From the NCBI RefSeq assembly GCF_004010195.1, contig NC_057718.1, positions 10,190,988 through 10,210,987 on the forward strand: DNA of 20,000 bases, read 5' to 3'. This stretch comes from Chiloscyllium plagiosum (Eukaryota). Positions within the stretch are counted from its first letter, which is position 1. Each line of letters starts with the position of its first letter. Under the pieces are notes generated by a model, which did no database searches, had not been told where the DNA came from, and saw only the letters and a list, made by a program, of their open reading frames with translations. This document shows positions 9,082 to 19,345 of this stretch, piece after piece. The position numbers and the translations under genes were made by a program.

Positions 9082-9440
9082 GGGGATCTTATAGAAACAT
9101 ATAAAATTATGAAGGGAATAGATAAGGTAGAGGCAGGGAGGTTGTTTACACCGACGGGCGAAACTAGAAATAGGGGACGTAGCCTCAAAAAAAAAGTGAG
9201 CAGATTTAGGACTGAGTTGAGGAGGAACTTGTTCTCCCCAAAGGTTGTGAATCTGTGGAATTCCCTGCCCAGTGAGGCATGTTTTTAAGGCAAAGATGTT
9301 CGAATAGTAAAGGAATTAAGGGTTATGGTGAAAGGGCAGATAAGCAGACCTGAGGCCATGAAAAGATCAGCCATGATCTTATTGAATGGTGGAGCAGGCT
9401 CGAGGGGCCAAATGGCCTACTCCTGCTCCTAGTTCTTATG
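9082..9440 (+). mobile_element. CR1 LINE 3' fragment
   Basis: GDLIETYKIMKGIDKVEAGRLF...FRTELRRNLFSPKVVNLWNSLP plus CR1 3' UTR ending tcttatg. Confidence 0.9.
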
Positions 9441-10746
9441 TTACCTCAAAACACCCATCAGGGAACATTTCAGCTACAACCCTCCAAACAAATTTGGAAG
9501 AAAAGCCAGATTATACAGTAGGGGTAAAATCAATTGTTTTCAAGTGCCTCTTAAGGGCTACCCTTTGAATTCCGAGGGGCTACGTTTTGTTTCTCGAGGG
9601 ACTACATTTTCACTTGCACTAATCCGTTCATTAGGTGATAGGGTCATATCGTAACAATACCTGCATTGTTGCGTGGAGTATTAGGACTCAGACAGAAACA
9701 AAATTAGAAGAATTCATCAGTATCGTGAATAATTACAACCCTCCATTTAACATAATTACAACACACAAGGAACACATTAATATCATGCGCACTACAGTAT
9801 TTAAACTGGCAGAAGACAACAGGCATAACTTTGCACCATTTTTTAGAAAGAAATAACTGATACACACTTCTGTAGACAAAAAACTATCGCCTTGGATGTT
9901 TTTGCCATGGACTGGTGAGTACACAGCGAAACAAGCTGCATTATTGTCTCCAAAGCAATCATTTCAAGTAATTCAACATTTTTGAGATGCTTTGAGACAT
10001 GATATCACAAATGTAAATATTTATGAAACAGAGCTGTTCAGTATTAAATTATCTAATCATGACAATAACATTTTGCCCTGAGTTTCCACTACCTTAAGCT
10101 CAAGATTCCATATTATTTGCACGGAATTCATTAGCGTGTTGACTTCAAGATTTCTTGGTTCCCAGTAAGTTTAGTGACCCATAGTTGAAAGGTTTTCCCT
10201 CTCTAGGCCATTTTCCCATTTTTGATATCTCTCTCCTTCCTTATTTAGCATGATTTCCCTCACAGGACCTCTAGCTCCCAGTCTTGTTCGCCCCCAATAT
10301 GGCAGAATCATTCCCCAGCCCACCCCGCCAACATTGCCCACAGCCTACAGTAACCCCACTTCCCCAGTCTCTCTTTCACTGGTCCCAGTGGCTCTGCTTC
10401 CCCAGCTTCAGAGTATTCTTGCTAAAATTCATCTTTCACACCTCTGTCTTTGCTCAATGAACATTAAACAGTGTATCTATGAAAGAAATCATCCCCATCC
10501 TGTCCCGACAAGTGAGGCATACATTCCAGTGAACCATACAGTGCAGATGAAGGCCATTCAGCACGTAATGCTATTCAAATCTGCTGGATTATTCCTCCGC
10601 TTTACGCTGTACCAGGAGAGTATTTATCACTTCATATTATTAACATTACTCCGAACTTAGCTCCTCACAACTTTCCTTTGTTCAGAGTCAATATATCTGT
10701 CTCACAAGCTAAGATCCCAGTAAACCCCCCACAACTTGCCCATTTT

Positions 10747-11070
10747 GGGGCACGGTGGCTCAGTGGTTAGCACTGCTGCCTCACAGCGCCAGGGACACGG
10801 ATTCAACTCCCACCTCGGGCAACTGTCTGTGTGGAGTTTGCACATTCTTCCCATGTCAGCGTGGGTTTCCTCTGGGTGCTTTGGTGTCCTCCCACAATCC
10901 AAAAATGTGCAGGTCAGGGGAATTGGCCATGCTAAATTGCCCATAGTGTTAAGTGCATTAGTCAGGGTAGGGAATGGGTCTGGGTGGGTTACTCTTTGGA
11001 GGGTCAGTGTGGACTTGTTGGGCTGAAGGGTCTGTTCCCATACTGTAGGGAATCTAATCGAATCTAATCT
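10747..11070 (+). mobile_element. V-SINE (HE1-like), full length
   Basis: ggggcacggtggctcagtggttagcactgctgcctcacagcgcc head, V-domain, (aatct)n tail; collinear with 1401-1721. Confidence 0.9.
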
Positions 11071-11204
11071 ACCCCAGCATTTTACAGAATTCCGTGACCA
11101 ACATCCAGTTGGGGAAAATCCAGTCCAGAAAGAGGCCATGCGCAAAACAATGAGTGACAGGCAGTAGAGATGCCTCTGATTGGTATATGAACAGATGAGC
11201 ATAT

Positions 11205-11350
11205 AAATCATGGGTAGGAGTAGGCCATTCAGCCCCTCGAGCTTGCCCTGCTATTCAATAAGATCATGACTGAACTGACGGTCACCTCAACTCCACTTGC
11301 CTACCTATGCACAATACTCAAGACTCCCTCGTTGGTCACAAAATCTATAT
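11205..11350 (-). mobile_element. CR1 3' UTR fragment
   Basis: gtaggagtaggccattcagcccctcgagcttgccctgctattcaataagatcatg is the reverse complement of the CR1 tail. Confidence 0.7.
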
Positions 11351-11490
11351 TTCTTTACTCGTTCACTGGGTAAAAGCTGGGCCACTTTTTATCACCCAAA
11401 TCTAATTATGCTTGAGAAAGTGGTGGTGAGCTGCCTATTTGAACCGCCACAGTCCATGTGCTGTAGATAGACTCATGGCACCATTAGGAC
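11350..11490 (-). mobile_element. LINE 3' end fragment (family of 5995-6180)
   Basis: cttgagaaagtggtggtgagctgcc...tgaaccgccacagtccatgtg is reverse complementary to the 6065-6115 segment. Confidence 0.6.
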
Positions 11491-11640
11491 TTGCTTCTAC
11501 CTGAACTATAGTCATTGACCCTGCCTCTGGGGAAGGGTGCTCCAAAGACACAAAACCTTCTGAGAGAGAAAGATCCCCCTGGAATGAGGGACCCTCTCTT
11601 TTTACGTGGTGCTCCCCTCATTCTGCACAGTTCTTCTCAC

Positions 11641-11763
11641 CTCACTCTCCTGCCTCAGACGGAGTTGCTGGGTCAAGTCACTCAACATCTGGCTGAGGGT
11701 GGCTCGCACCGCCGTGTTGATACTGCGCTGGTGACTGCTGGCTACGTACGTCTCGATGCAAAC
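11641..11763 (-). CDS. ARFGEF3: ARFGEF3 coding exon (123 bp; VCIETYVASSHQRSINTAVRATLSQMLSDLTQQLRLRQESE)
   Basis: Near identity to recalled human VCIETYISSCHQRSINTAVRATLSQMLSDLTLQLRQRQE; pyrimidine-rich ...gaaccag acceptor, GAG|gtgaga donor; phase 0-0. Confidence 0.93.
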
Positions 11764-11849
11764 CTGGTTCACGATGACAAGGAGAGAGGATATGAGACAA
11801 GCAGCAAAGTATATGGCAAATACAAAATCCCTGTGGAAAATTAACGTAC

Positions 11850-12535
11850 AGAGACACCCGGGAAGTTGGCAACGCAGTTCGATAGAGTGGTCAAGAAGGC
11901 ATACTGCATGCTTTCCTTCATCGGACGGGGCACTGAGTACAAAAGAGTTGGCAGGTCATGTTATAGTTGTATAGGACTTTGGTTTGGCCACATTTGGAAC
12001 ACTGCATACAGTTCTGGTTGCCACATTATCAAAATGATGCCAATGCTTTGGAGAGGGTGCAGAGGAGGTTCACCAGGATGTCGCTTGATATGGAGAGCGC
12101 TAGCTATGAGGAGAGGTTGAGTAGATTAGGATTATTTTCATTACAAAGGCGGAGGTTGAGGGGGAGGCCTGATTGAGGTCGACAAAATCATGAGAGATAT
12201 AGACAGGGTGGATAGCAAGAAGCTTTTTCCCCAGAGTGGGGGACTCAGTTACTAGGGGTTACGAGTTCAAGGCGAGAGGAGAAAAGTTTAAGGGAGATAT
12301 GCGTGGAAAGTGTTTTACGCAGAGAGTAGTAGGTGTCTGGAACTCATTGCCAGCAGCGGTGGTAGAGGCAAACACGATAGCATCATTTAAGATGTATCTG
12401 ATCAGATACATGAATGGGCAGGGAGCTGAGGGATACAGATCCTTAGAAAATAGGCGACTGGTTTAGATAGAGGACCTGGATCAGAGCAGACTTGGAGTGC
12501 CGAAGGACCTGTTCCCGTGCTGTAATTTTCTTTGT
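11850..12535 (+). mobile_element. CR1 (HER1-like) LINE 3' portion, frameshifted
   Basis: KKAYCMLSFIGRG, YRTLVWPHLEHCIQFWLPHY, ALERVQRRFTRM, FTQRVVGVWNSLP split across frames; CR1 tail. Confidence 0.92.
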
Positions 12536-12884
12536 AAATGTCCCATCGCAGTTACAGGGGTTGGGGGGGTTGAGGAAGGCTGAATCCCATGTCGGTCCCC
12601 ATCTGGCCTCCTGAAGGTTTCTGGAACCCTTCTCTCAGGGTGAGTAGGAAGGTCCCAGACATTCAACATCCTATGCTTACTTATTTATTCCTCACTTGGG
12701 CATTTCCCTTTGTTTAGGGAATGTGGGCAAACATGGCAGACACTGCCCAGCACAGTAAGATCCCACAAATAGACGCAAGGGGGTAATAGCCGTGTTCAGG
12801 GGAGGGCTTGAATCCTGCCACTAGTCATGCGAACAGGACTAAAGTACACTGCTTTCCCTCATTGACACTCAAAAAACAAGAAAT

Positions 12885-13005
12885 GTGAAAACACAGAAAA
12901 TAGGAACAGGAGCAGGCCTTTCAGCCCATCGAGCCCGCCCATTCAATATGACCATGGCTGATCATCCAACACAATAGCCAGTTCCCGCTTTTCCCTCATA
13001 ACCGA
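12885..13005 (-). mobile_element. CR1 3' UTR fragment
   Basis: aaataggaacaggagcaggcctttcagcccatcgagcccgccc-attcaatatgaccatggctgatc. Confidence 0.65.
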
Positions 13006-13221
13006 TCGAAACATGGGAAAAGAAACCAAAAAGACTCGTGTCTGGACAGTACCGTTTCCCAACCACCGGACCTCCGAAGGAGCTTTACTGACCACTTTGA
13101 AACTGCAGTGCCTGTGTAGTTCAGGAAAAACAGCAGTTATTACCTGCACAGGAAGCAGTGCAACTAAGGATCAGTAGAGGGTGAGAGGATTGTCCTAGGG
13201 TGGTAGGCTGAGAAAAAGTGG

Positions 13222-13414
13222 TGAGCGCAGCAGGTCAGGCAGTATCCAAGGAGCAGGAGAACCGACAGACATAAGCCCTTCTTCAGGAATCCTGAAGAAG
13301 GGCTTATGCCTGAAACGTTGATTCTCCTGCTCCTTGGATGCTGCCTGACCTGCTGCGCTTTTCCAGCAACACATTTTTCAGCTCTGGATCTCCAGCATCC
13401 TCACTTTCTCCTCC
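13222..13414. mobile_element. Palindromic fold-back element with hammerhead core and 14-bp TSD
   Basis: Arms 13224-13288 and 13290-13359 around a single central base; TSD ctgagaaaaagtgg at 13208-13221 and 13415-13428. Confidence 0.88.
13286..13325 (+). ncRNA. Minimal type I hammerhead ribozyme-like motif
   Basis: GGAAUC / CUGAAGA-A / GGGC-UUAU-GCCU / GAAA-CG-UU / GAUUCU: helix I 6 bp, helix II 4 bp, palindromic ACGU in place of helix III; predicted cleavage after 13319. Confidence 0.65.
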
Positions 13415-13459
13415 CTGAGAAAAAGTGGGTCGCCATTCTCCACAGCTGAGAAAAAATGA

Positions 13460-13800
13460 GCAGTGATCTTACTGAAATGTACAAGCAAAGAGCTATTCCC
13501 TAAGAGGGCAGGGGTTCAAAACTAGGGAGGCTATTTTTAAGGTGAGAAGAGGAAGATTTGAAAAAGACATGAGAGGCAACTTTTCCAGACAGAGTAATTT
13601 GTGTGTGGAATGAACTGCCAGAGGAAATGGTGGATGCAGCTACAGTTACAACGTTTAAAAGACATTTGGATAAGTACGTGAATAGGAAAGCTTTGGAGGG
13701 ATATGGGCCAAGCACTGGCAGCTGCAACTATTTAATTTGGGAACATGGTCGGCATGGACTGGTTGGACCGAAGGGTCTGTTTCCATGCTGTATGACTCTA
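13460..13800 (+). mobile_element. CR1 LINE 3' fragment
   Basis: WNELPEEMVDAATVTTFKRHLDKY and tail ggaccgaagggtctgtttccatgctgtatgactcta. Confidence 0.85.
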
Positions 13801-15600
13801 GAGGTTCACTAGATTGATTCCAGAGATGAGGGGTGTGTCATATGAAGACAGATTGAACAGATTAGGCCTAATACTGTCTGGAAATAATACTATTTGAGGA
13901 TAGCAAATGTGGTTCCCTTGTTCAAGAAGGGGAGTAGGGATAACCCTAGTAACTATAGGCCGGTGAGTCTCACTTCTGTTGTGGGCAAAGACTTAGAGAG
14001 AATTGTAAGGGATAGGATTTATGAACATTTGGATAGAAATAATGTGATCAAGGATAGTCAGCATGGTTTTGTGAAGGGCAGGTCGTGCCTCACAAACCTT
14101 ACTGAATTCTTTGAGAAGGTGACTAAGGAGGTGGACAAGGGTAAAGCGGTAGATATGGTGTATATGGATTTTAGTAAGATGTTTGATAAGGTTCCCCATG
14201 GTAGACTACTGCAAAAAAATACGGAGGTATGGCATTGAGGGTGAGTTGGAGGTCTGGATTAGGAGTTGGCTGGCTGGAAGAAGACAGAGGGTAGTAATTG
14301 ATGGCAAAGGTTCATCTTGGAGTGCAGTCACTAGTGGTGTTCCGCAAGGATCTGTTTTGGGACCATTGCTGTTTGTCATTTTTATAAATGACCTGGAAGA
14401 GGGGTTAGAAGGTTAGGTGAGCAAGTTTGCGGATGATACGAAAGTCGGAGGAGTGGTAGACAGTGAGGAAGGATGTGGCAGGTTACAGCAGGATATAGAG
14501 AAGCTGCAGAGCTGGGCAGAAAGGTGGCAAATGGAATTCAATGTAGCTAAGTGTGAGGTGATTCATCTTTGAAATTTGCCACCCAGGTAAATAGTGCGGT
14601 GAGGAAGGCATATGGCGTACTGGCTTTTATTGGTAGAGGAATTGAGTTCCGGAGTCCTGAGGTCATGTTGCAGTTGTATAAGACTCTGGTGCGGCCACAT
14701 CTGGAGTATTGTGTGCAGTTTCGGTCGCCATACTATAGGAAGGATGTGGAGGGACTGGAACGGGTGCAGAGGAGTTTTACCAGGATGTTGCCTGGTATGG
14801 TAAGAAGATCGTATCAGGAAAGGCTGAGGCACTTGAGGCTGTTTTCATTGGAGAAAATAAGGTTGAGGGGTGACTTGATAGAGGTGTACAAGATGATTAG
14901 GGGTTTAGATAGAGTTCACCATGAGAACCTTTTTCCACGTATGGAGTCAGCTATTACAAGGGGGCATAGCTTTAAATTAAGGGGTGGTAGGTATAGGACA
15001 GATGGTAGGGGTAGATTCTTTACTCAGCGAGTCGTGAGTTCATGGAATGCCTTGCCAGTAGCAGTGGTGGACTCTCCCTCTTTATAGGCATTTAAACGGG
15101 CATTGGATAGGCATATGGAGGATAGTGGGCTAGTGTAGGTTAGGTGGGCTTGGATCGGCGCAACATCGAGGGCCAAAGGGCCTGTACTGCGCTGTATTGT
15201 TCTATGTTCTGTGAAATTAGAAGAATGAGGGGAGATCAAATTGAGGTATTCAAGATGATAAAAGGTGTGGATAAAATAGACGTGGTTCCACTTGTGGGGC
15301 ATTCTGGGACGAGAGGACCTTGTTTTAAGATAAAGGGTGGCAAATTTAAAACAGAGTTGAGGAGAAACTACCTCTCCCAAAGGGTTGTGAATCTGTGGGA
15401 ATTCACTACCCCAAAATGAGGTAGATGCTGGGACAGAGAGTAAATTTAAGGAGGAGTTAGACAGATTTTTAATTGGTAATGGGTTGAAGGATAATGAAGA
15501 GGAGGCAGGAAAATGGGGGTGAGGAACTTAACAGCCATGATCAAATGGCAGATCAGACTCGATGGGCTGAATGGTCTACTCCTGCTCCTATTGTTTGTGG
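13801..15600 (+). mobile_element. Older CR1 3' fragment split by a younger CR1 (pieces 13801-13885 and ~15213-15600)
   Basis: RFTRLIPEMRGVSYEDRLNRLGL... stops at 13885 and resumes as EIRRMRGDQIEVFKMIKG...RRNYLSQRVVNLW plus tail. Confidence 0.75.
13894..15210 (+). pseudogene. CR1 LINE ORF2 (reverse transcriptase) remnant, 5'-truncated
   Basis: [67 protein letters not shown] (14426-14437); frameshift ~14215, TAG at 14414-14416, internal deletion near 14567; tail ttctatgttct. Confidence 0.95.
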
Positions 15601-15604
15601 TCAT

Positions 15605-16035
15605 TGTATGCACAGAAAGATCCCACAAACAGCAACGCGATCATAATCAGATAATCTGTTTTTTTTGTAATGTCGATTGGAAAATAAAAATCAATCAGAA
15701 CAGCAGAGAAAGGCCCATCTCCACAATAGCCCAAAGGGACCTGTTACAATCCCCCATCGCCACAATAGTCCAAAGGGACCTGTTACAATCCCCCATCGCC
15801 ACAATAGCCCAAAGGGACCTGTTACAATCCCCCATCGCCACAATAGTCCAAAGGGACCTGTTACAATCCCCCATTTCCAAGCAAGCAACAGGAGCCTCAG
15901 TTGAACATCTCAGTATTTCCTCAGTTCCGTATTGAAGTGTCAGCCTGGGTCTTGGGGCTAAAAGACCCTGGAGATGGAGTTAAATTCTGGGCCTTATGAC
16001 TCAGAGGTCAGAGTCATAAATGAACCACAACAACA
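15605..16035 (-). mobile_element. DeuSINE (SacSINE1-like) in reverse orientation containing a tandem repeat
   Basis: cacagaaagatcccacaaacagcaa...cagataatctgttt, gcctcagttgaacatctca...cctcagt...tgaagtgtcagcct and tgactcagagg are reverse-complement DeuSINE-like segments. Confidence 0.6.
15714..15874. repeat. 39-bp minisatellite, 4 copies plus partial
   Basis: Unit cccatcgccacaatag(c/t)ccaaagggacctgttacaatcc starts at 15714, 15753, 15792 and 15831. Confidence 0.97.
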
Positions 16036-16114
16036 CCTGGTAATGTGGACTGAATTGCTCAGTCCGTATTAAGTTGATCCCTTGATTTTAAAATATCCCA
16101 AAAGGCTTTACAGA

Positions 16115-16530
16115 CAACACACACCATGCACACACATAAAACATGCATGCAAACAGATATACAAATACATAAGCAAACATATGTACAAATGCATATGAAA
16201 ACATATATATAAACATGTATGCAAAAACATATGCAAACAGTATACAAACATAAGCAAACATATGCAAACACAGAAGCAAACATACAAACAAATGCAAACA
16301 CATACAAACATGTATGCAACACAAACACATATGCAAACACGCACAAATATGTATACAGCACAAACACATATGAAAACACATATACAAACATGCATACAAC
16401 ACAAACACATGAAAACATATACAAAGATGTATTTAACACATACAAATATTTACATAAACACAGACACAAGCAGATATACAAACATGTACACAAACACATA
16501 TGTAAACATAAATGTACGCAAACATTGATA
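16115..16530. repeat. Degenerate CA/TA-rich low-complexity tract
   Basis: Recurrent aaacatatgc/aaacacatac/atacaaac motifs. Confidence 0.9.
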
Positions 16531-16607
16531 ATCACATATGTGGAGAATCACTTTGTCAAGCAGGCAGTAAAACAATCAGGGTGTAAGAGATACACAGGAA
16601 GCGTTAC

Positions 16608-16676
16608 CTCAGCAATCTTCAGCACTGCACTGCCATTTATTTCAAACGACGATGAGTATGTGATACACAGCAGCAC
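16608..16676 (-). CDS. ARFGEF3: ARFGEF3 coding exon (69 bp; VLLCITYSSSFEINGSAVLKIAE)
   Basis: Resembles recalled human VLLCITYTPTFDLNGSAVLKIAE; tttgaaag acceptor, GAG|gtaacg donor; phase 0-0. Confidence 0.93.
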
Positions 16677-17641
16677 CTTTCAAAGAAGCAGAGAATGAAT
16701 AAAAATACCAGGGATAAATATAAACTCAAACCAGGCCACAATCTCCACAGAACCACCTGTTTCTTGGAAATTCTAGTGCACTCTCCAATGATGCCAAATG
16801 GGGAAAGGGTTAGGGTCAAGGTAGTGAGGTTAAGAGGCACTGTGTTTACCCTGTACCTTGATGATCATATATCATGCCCTGCCTTCCCTCATGTCATCTC
16901 ATAACAGCTCGGAGTGTGTTTCTGGGCAAATTTCCTGGGTATTTGGCCCATGCTCTCTACCTAGGTCCAGTGGGGCTTTCCCACGAATGATAATTGACAT
17001 ATATCCCATCCTGGGCCTTTGAAAGGCCATGGAAGAAAAGTCTTACATTTAAATATCACCTGTAACATCCTGAAACATGGTGCAGCTAGGCTGTAATGTA
17101 GCAAAGATAGTGGCCAATTAGTGCCCAGTAAGATCAGTGAAATAGCATTGTCACAATGATCAGGTGCTCAGCTGTAGACAAGCTGGTTGGATGATAACTA
17201 GTGTGTGAGCACCATGAAAAACTCCTGTAATGTTCTCGCAGTGCTGGGCCAGACTGTCGGTCTGCGGTGGGACCTGGGTCCACAAGAGGCAGGTGTACTA
17301 CCCCAGGAGTCACCTAAAGGGAACTGATGACATTGAAGGTACTGCCACTTTTGCTTTCCCTGGTTGAGGGTTGGATTGGCATTCAGGAGACGATGCTTCA
17401 GAATGGACTTCCCATTCCACTTGACAACAGCCCTGCCCCTGGGATTTCAGGTGACATCCTGGAACACCAGAGGTCTGCGATCAGGAATCCTGCTCAAAGT
17501 CTATATGGTCTCCCTGGAATTCCAAGGCCCATTCCCTCAACCACAACATGCCGAGGCTTGGGGCACCCCATCGTAAACAGGACCCCCTCCTCAGGAACAA
17601 TCACCCTCATGTAAGTTTGCATGTTATCAATGAGTGAGTAC

Positions 17642-17773
17642 CTTCATGACTTCCACTTGCAGGTCCTCGTTCAGAAAAGGTGTAACCTTCATGGAGTCCA
17701 GCATCTGGTTCAGCAACTGTCTGTCCTCCAGCTCTTTCTCCGCTGACACCAGCCTCTCATCAGCCAGCAGTTT
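17642..17773 (-). CDS. ARFGEF3: ARFGEF3/BIG3 internal coding exon (132 bp; KLLADERLVSAEKELEDRQLLNQMLDSMKVTPFLNEDLQVEVMK)
   Basis: Hand translation resembles recalled human BIG3 KLLSEERFVS...QLLNQILNAVKVTPSLNEDLQVEVMK; ccgttag acceptor, AAG|gtactc donor; phase 0-0. Confidence 0.93.
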
Positions 17774-18092
17774 CTAACGGAACACAGCAAAAGGTTACCT
17801 TTTACACCACTGATACTAAACGCCCTTCCACCTCCATCACATCCCCTCCCTCTCTGTTCTGCTCTGCCATATCTTTGCTTCCTCCCTGGTTACTCCAATG
17901 CTCTCCTTACTGGCCTCCCAAGCTCAAAGCTCTGCTGCTCCTAATCCCAACTCACACCAAATTCCATTTCACTAGCATTCCCCACTTCCATCTCCCACCA
18001 CCCCACGGAGTTTACTGACTCACCGTAACTATTGGCCTCCAAAGTGCCCCCCGCCATGATTTTAAAATCTTTGTCTTTGTTTTCATATCAAG

Positions 18093-18694
18093 AATCTTAC
18101 CAATTTTTATAGTTGCACCACAGAGATTATTCTACTTGATGCATCACAGCCAGATATGGCAACTGCTCCGCCCAGGACTGTAAGAAGCTACAGAGAGTTG
18201 TGAACACAGCCCAGTCTGTCACACAAGCCAGCCTTCCATCCATTGACTCCATCTACTCCAGTGCCTCAGAAAGCCAGCCATCATCAGAGACCCCTCCCAC
18301 CCCAGTTATAATCTCTTCCAACCTCTTCCGTTGGACAGATTCAAGAACAGCTTCTTCCCCGCTGTCATTAGGTTTGTGAATGGACCTTTCAAATAGAACA
18401 TAGAACATAGAACAATACAGCACAGAACAGGCCCTTCGGCCCACGATGTTGTGCCGAACATTTGTCCTAGCTTAAGCACCCATCCATGTACCTATCCAAT
18501 TGCCGCTTAAAGGTCACCAAAGAAATTTAACGTTGATCTCGGTCTTTGTGCAACTTCTCCGCAGCCATAACATTGTATTCCTCGCTCTGTTCTATTACCC
18601 TAATGCATTTTATATGGTATGATCTGCCTGTACTGCAGGCAAAACAAAACGTTTCACTGTACCTAGGTACATGTGACAATGCTAAATCAAATCA
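18093..18694 (+). mobile_element. Rex1/Babar-type LINE 3' fragment
   Basis: LTNFYSCT...CITARYGNCSAQDCKKLQRVVNTAQS resembles the Rex1/Babar C-terminal motif; later RFKNSFFPAVIR; ends ...acatgtgacaatgctaaatcaaatca. Confidence 0.75.
18394..18518 (-). mobile_element. Short CR1 3' end inserted in the Rex-Babar copy
   Basis: (tagaaca)3 tail followed by atacagcacagaacaggcccttcggcccacgatgttgtgccg. Confidence 0.8.
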
Positions 18695-18784
18695 GCCTCT
18701 CTCCCCATCTCTGTAACCTCCTCCTGCCCTCTAGGATGTCTGCACTCCTCCAATTCTTCACTCATTTCATTACTACAGCATTGG

Positions 18785-19122
18785 CAACACAATGGCTCAG
18801 TGTTTAGCACTGCTGCTTCACAGCACTAGGGTCCTGGGTTCGATTCCAGCCTCGAGCGACTGTCTGTGTGGAATTTGCACATTCTCCCCGTGTCTGCGTG
18901 GGTTTCCTCTGGGTGCTCTGGTTTCCTCCCACAGTCCAAAGATGTGTAGGTCAGGTGAATTGGCCAGAGTGTTCAGGGATGTGTAGATTAGGTGCATTAG
19001 TCGGGGTAAATGTACAGTAATATGGTCGAGAATGGGCCTGGGTGGGTCACTCTTTAGAGATCTGGTGTGGACTTGTTGGGCCAAATGGCCTGTTTCCAGA
19101 ATGTAGGGACTCTATGATTCTA
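18785..19122 (+). mobile_element. V-SINE (HE1-like), near full length
   Basis: tggctcagtgtttagcactgctgc...gggttcgattcc, V-domain, tail gggccaaatggcctgtttcc...ctctatgattctat. Confidence 0.88.
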
Positions 19123-19247
19123 TGCCTTCAGCTCTCTGGGCTGTAAGCTTTGGGATTCCTTGTATAAAGCTCTCCACCTCATTATCTCTGCTCTCTCCTT
19201 TAAGGGGGAGGTGATGGTGAAGCAACAATATCACCAGACTAATAATA

Positions 19248-19345
19248 GGCGGCACAGTAGCACAGTGGTTAGCATGGCTGCCTCATAGTGCCAGAGACCC
19301 GGGTTCAATTCCTACCTCAGGTGATTGACTGTGTGGATTTTTGCA
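19248..19345 (+). mobile_element. V-SINE 5' head truncated at the Penelope junction
   Basis: ggcggcacagtagcacagtggttagcatggctgcctca...ccgggttcaattcc...gactgtgtgga, then Penelope sequence. Confidence 0.75.

Larger units (their letters stand above)
17870..19204 (+). mobile_element. L2 LINE 3' portion broken into pieces (~17870-18090, ~18695-18784, ~19123-19204)
   Basis: tactccaatgctctccttactggcctccca...gattttaaaat...; ccatctctgtaacctcctcc...tctgcactcctccaattc; tgccttcagct...ctctcctttaag are collinear L2 motifs. Confidence 0.6.

Noticed and set aside
13894..15087. Retron, DGR or other novel RT system
   Set aside because: Standard CR1 ORF2 motifs and 3' tail, with stop, frameshift and deletion.
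15714..15874. CRISPR-like array
   Set aside because: Units are head-to-tail with no unique spacers, no cas genes are present, and the context is a vertebrate intron.
16059..16698. Long overlapping ORFs (up to 159 aa) rich in C/V/Y/M or H/T/K
   Set aside because: Artefacts of a CA/TA low-complexity tract; the real exon here is 16608-16676 on the minus strand.
17327..17614. 95-aa plus-strand ORF
   Set aside because: No recognisable motif; intronic and antisense to ARFGEF3.
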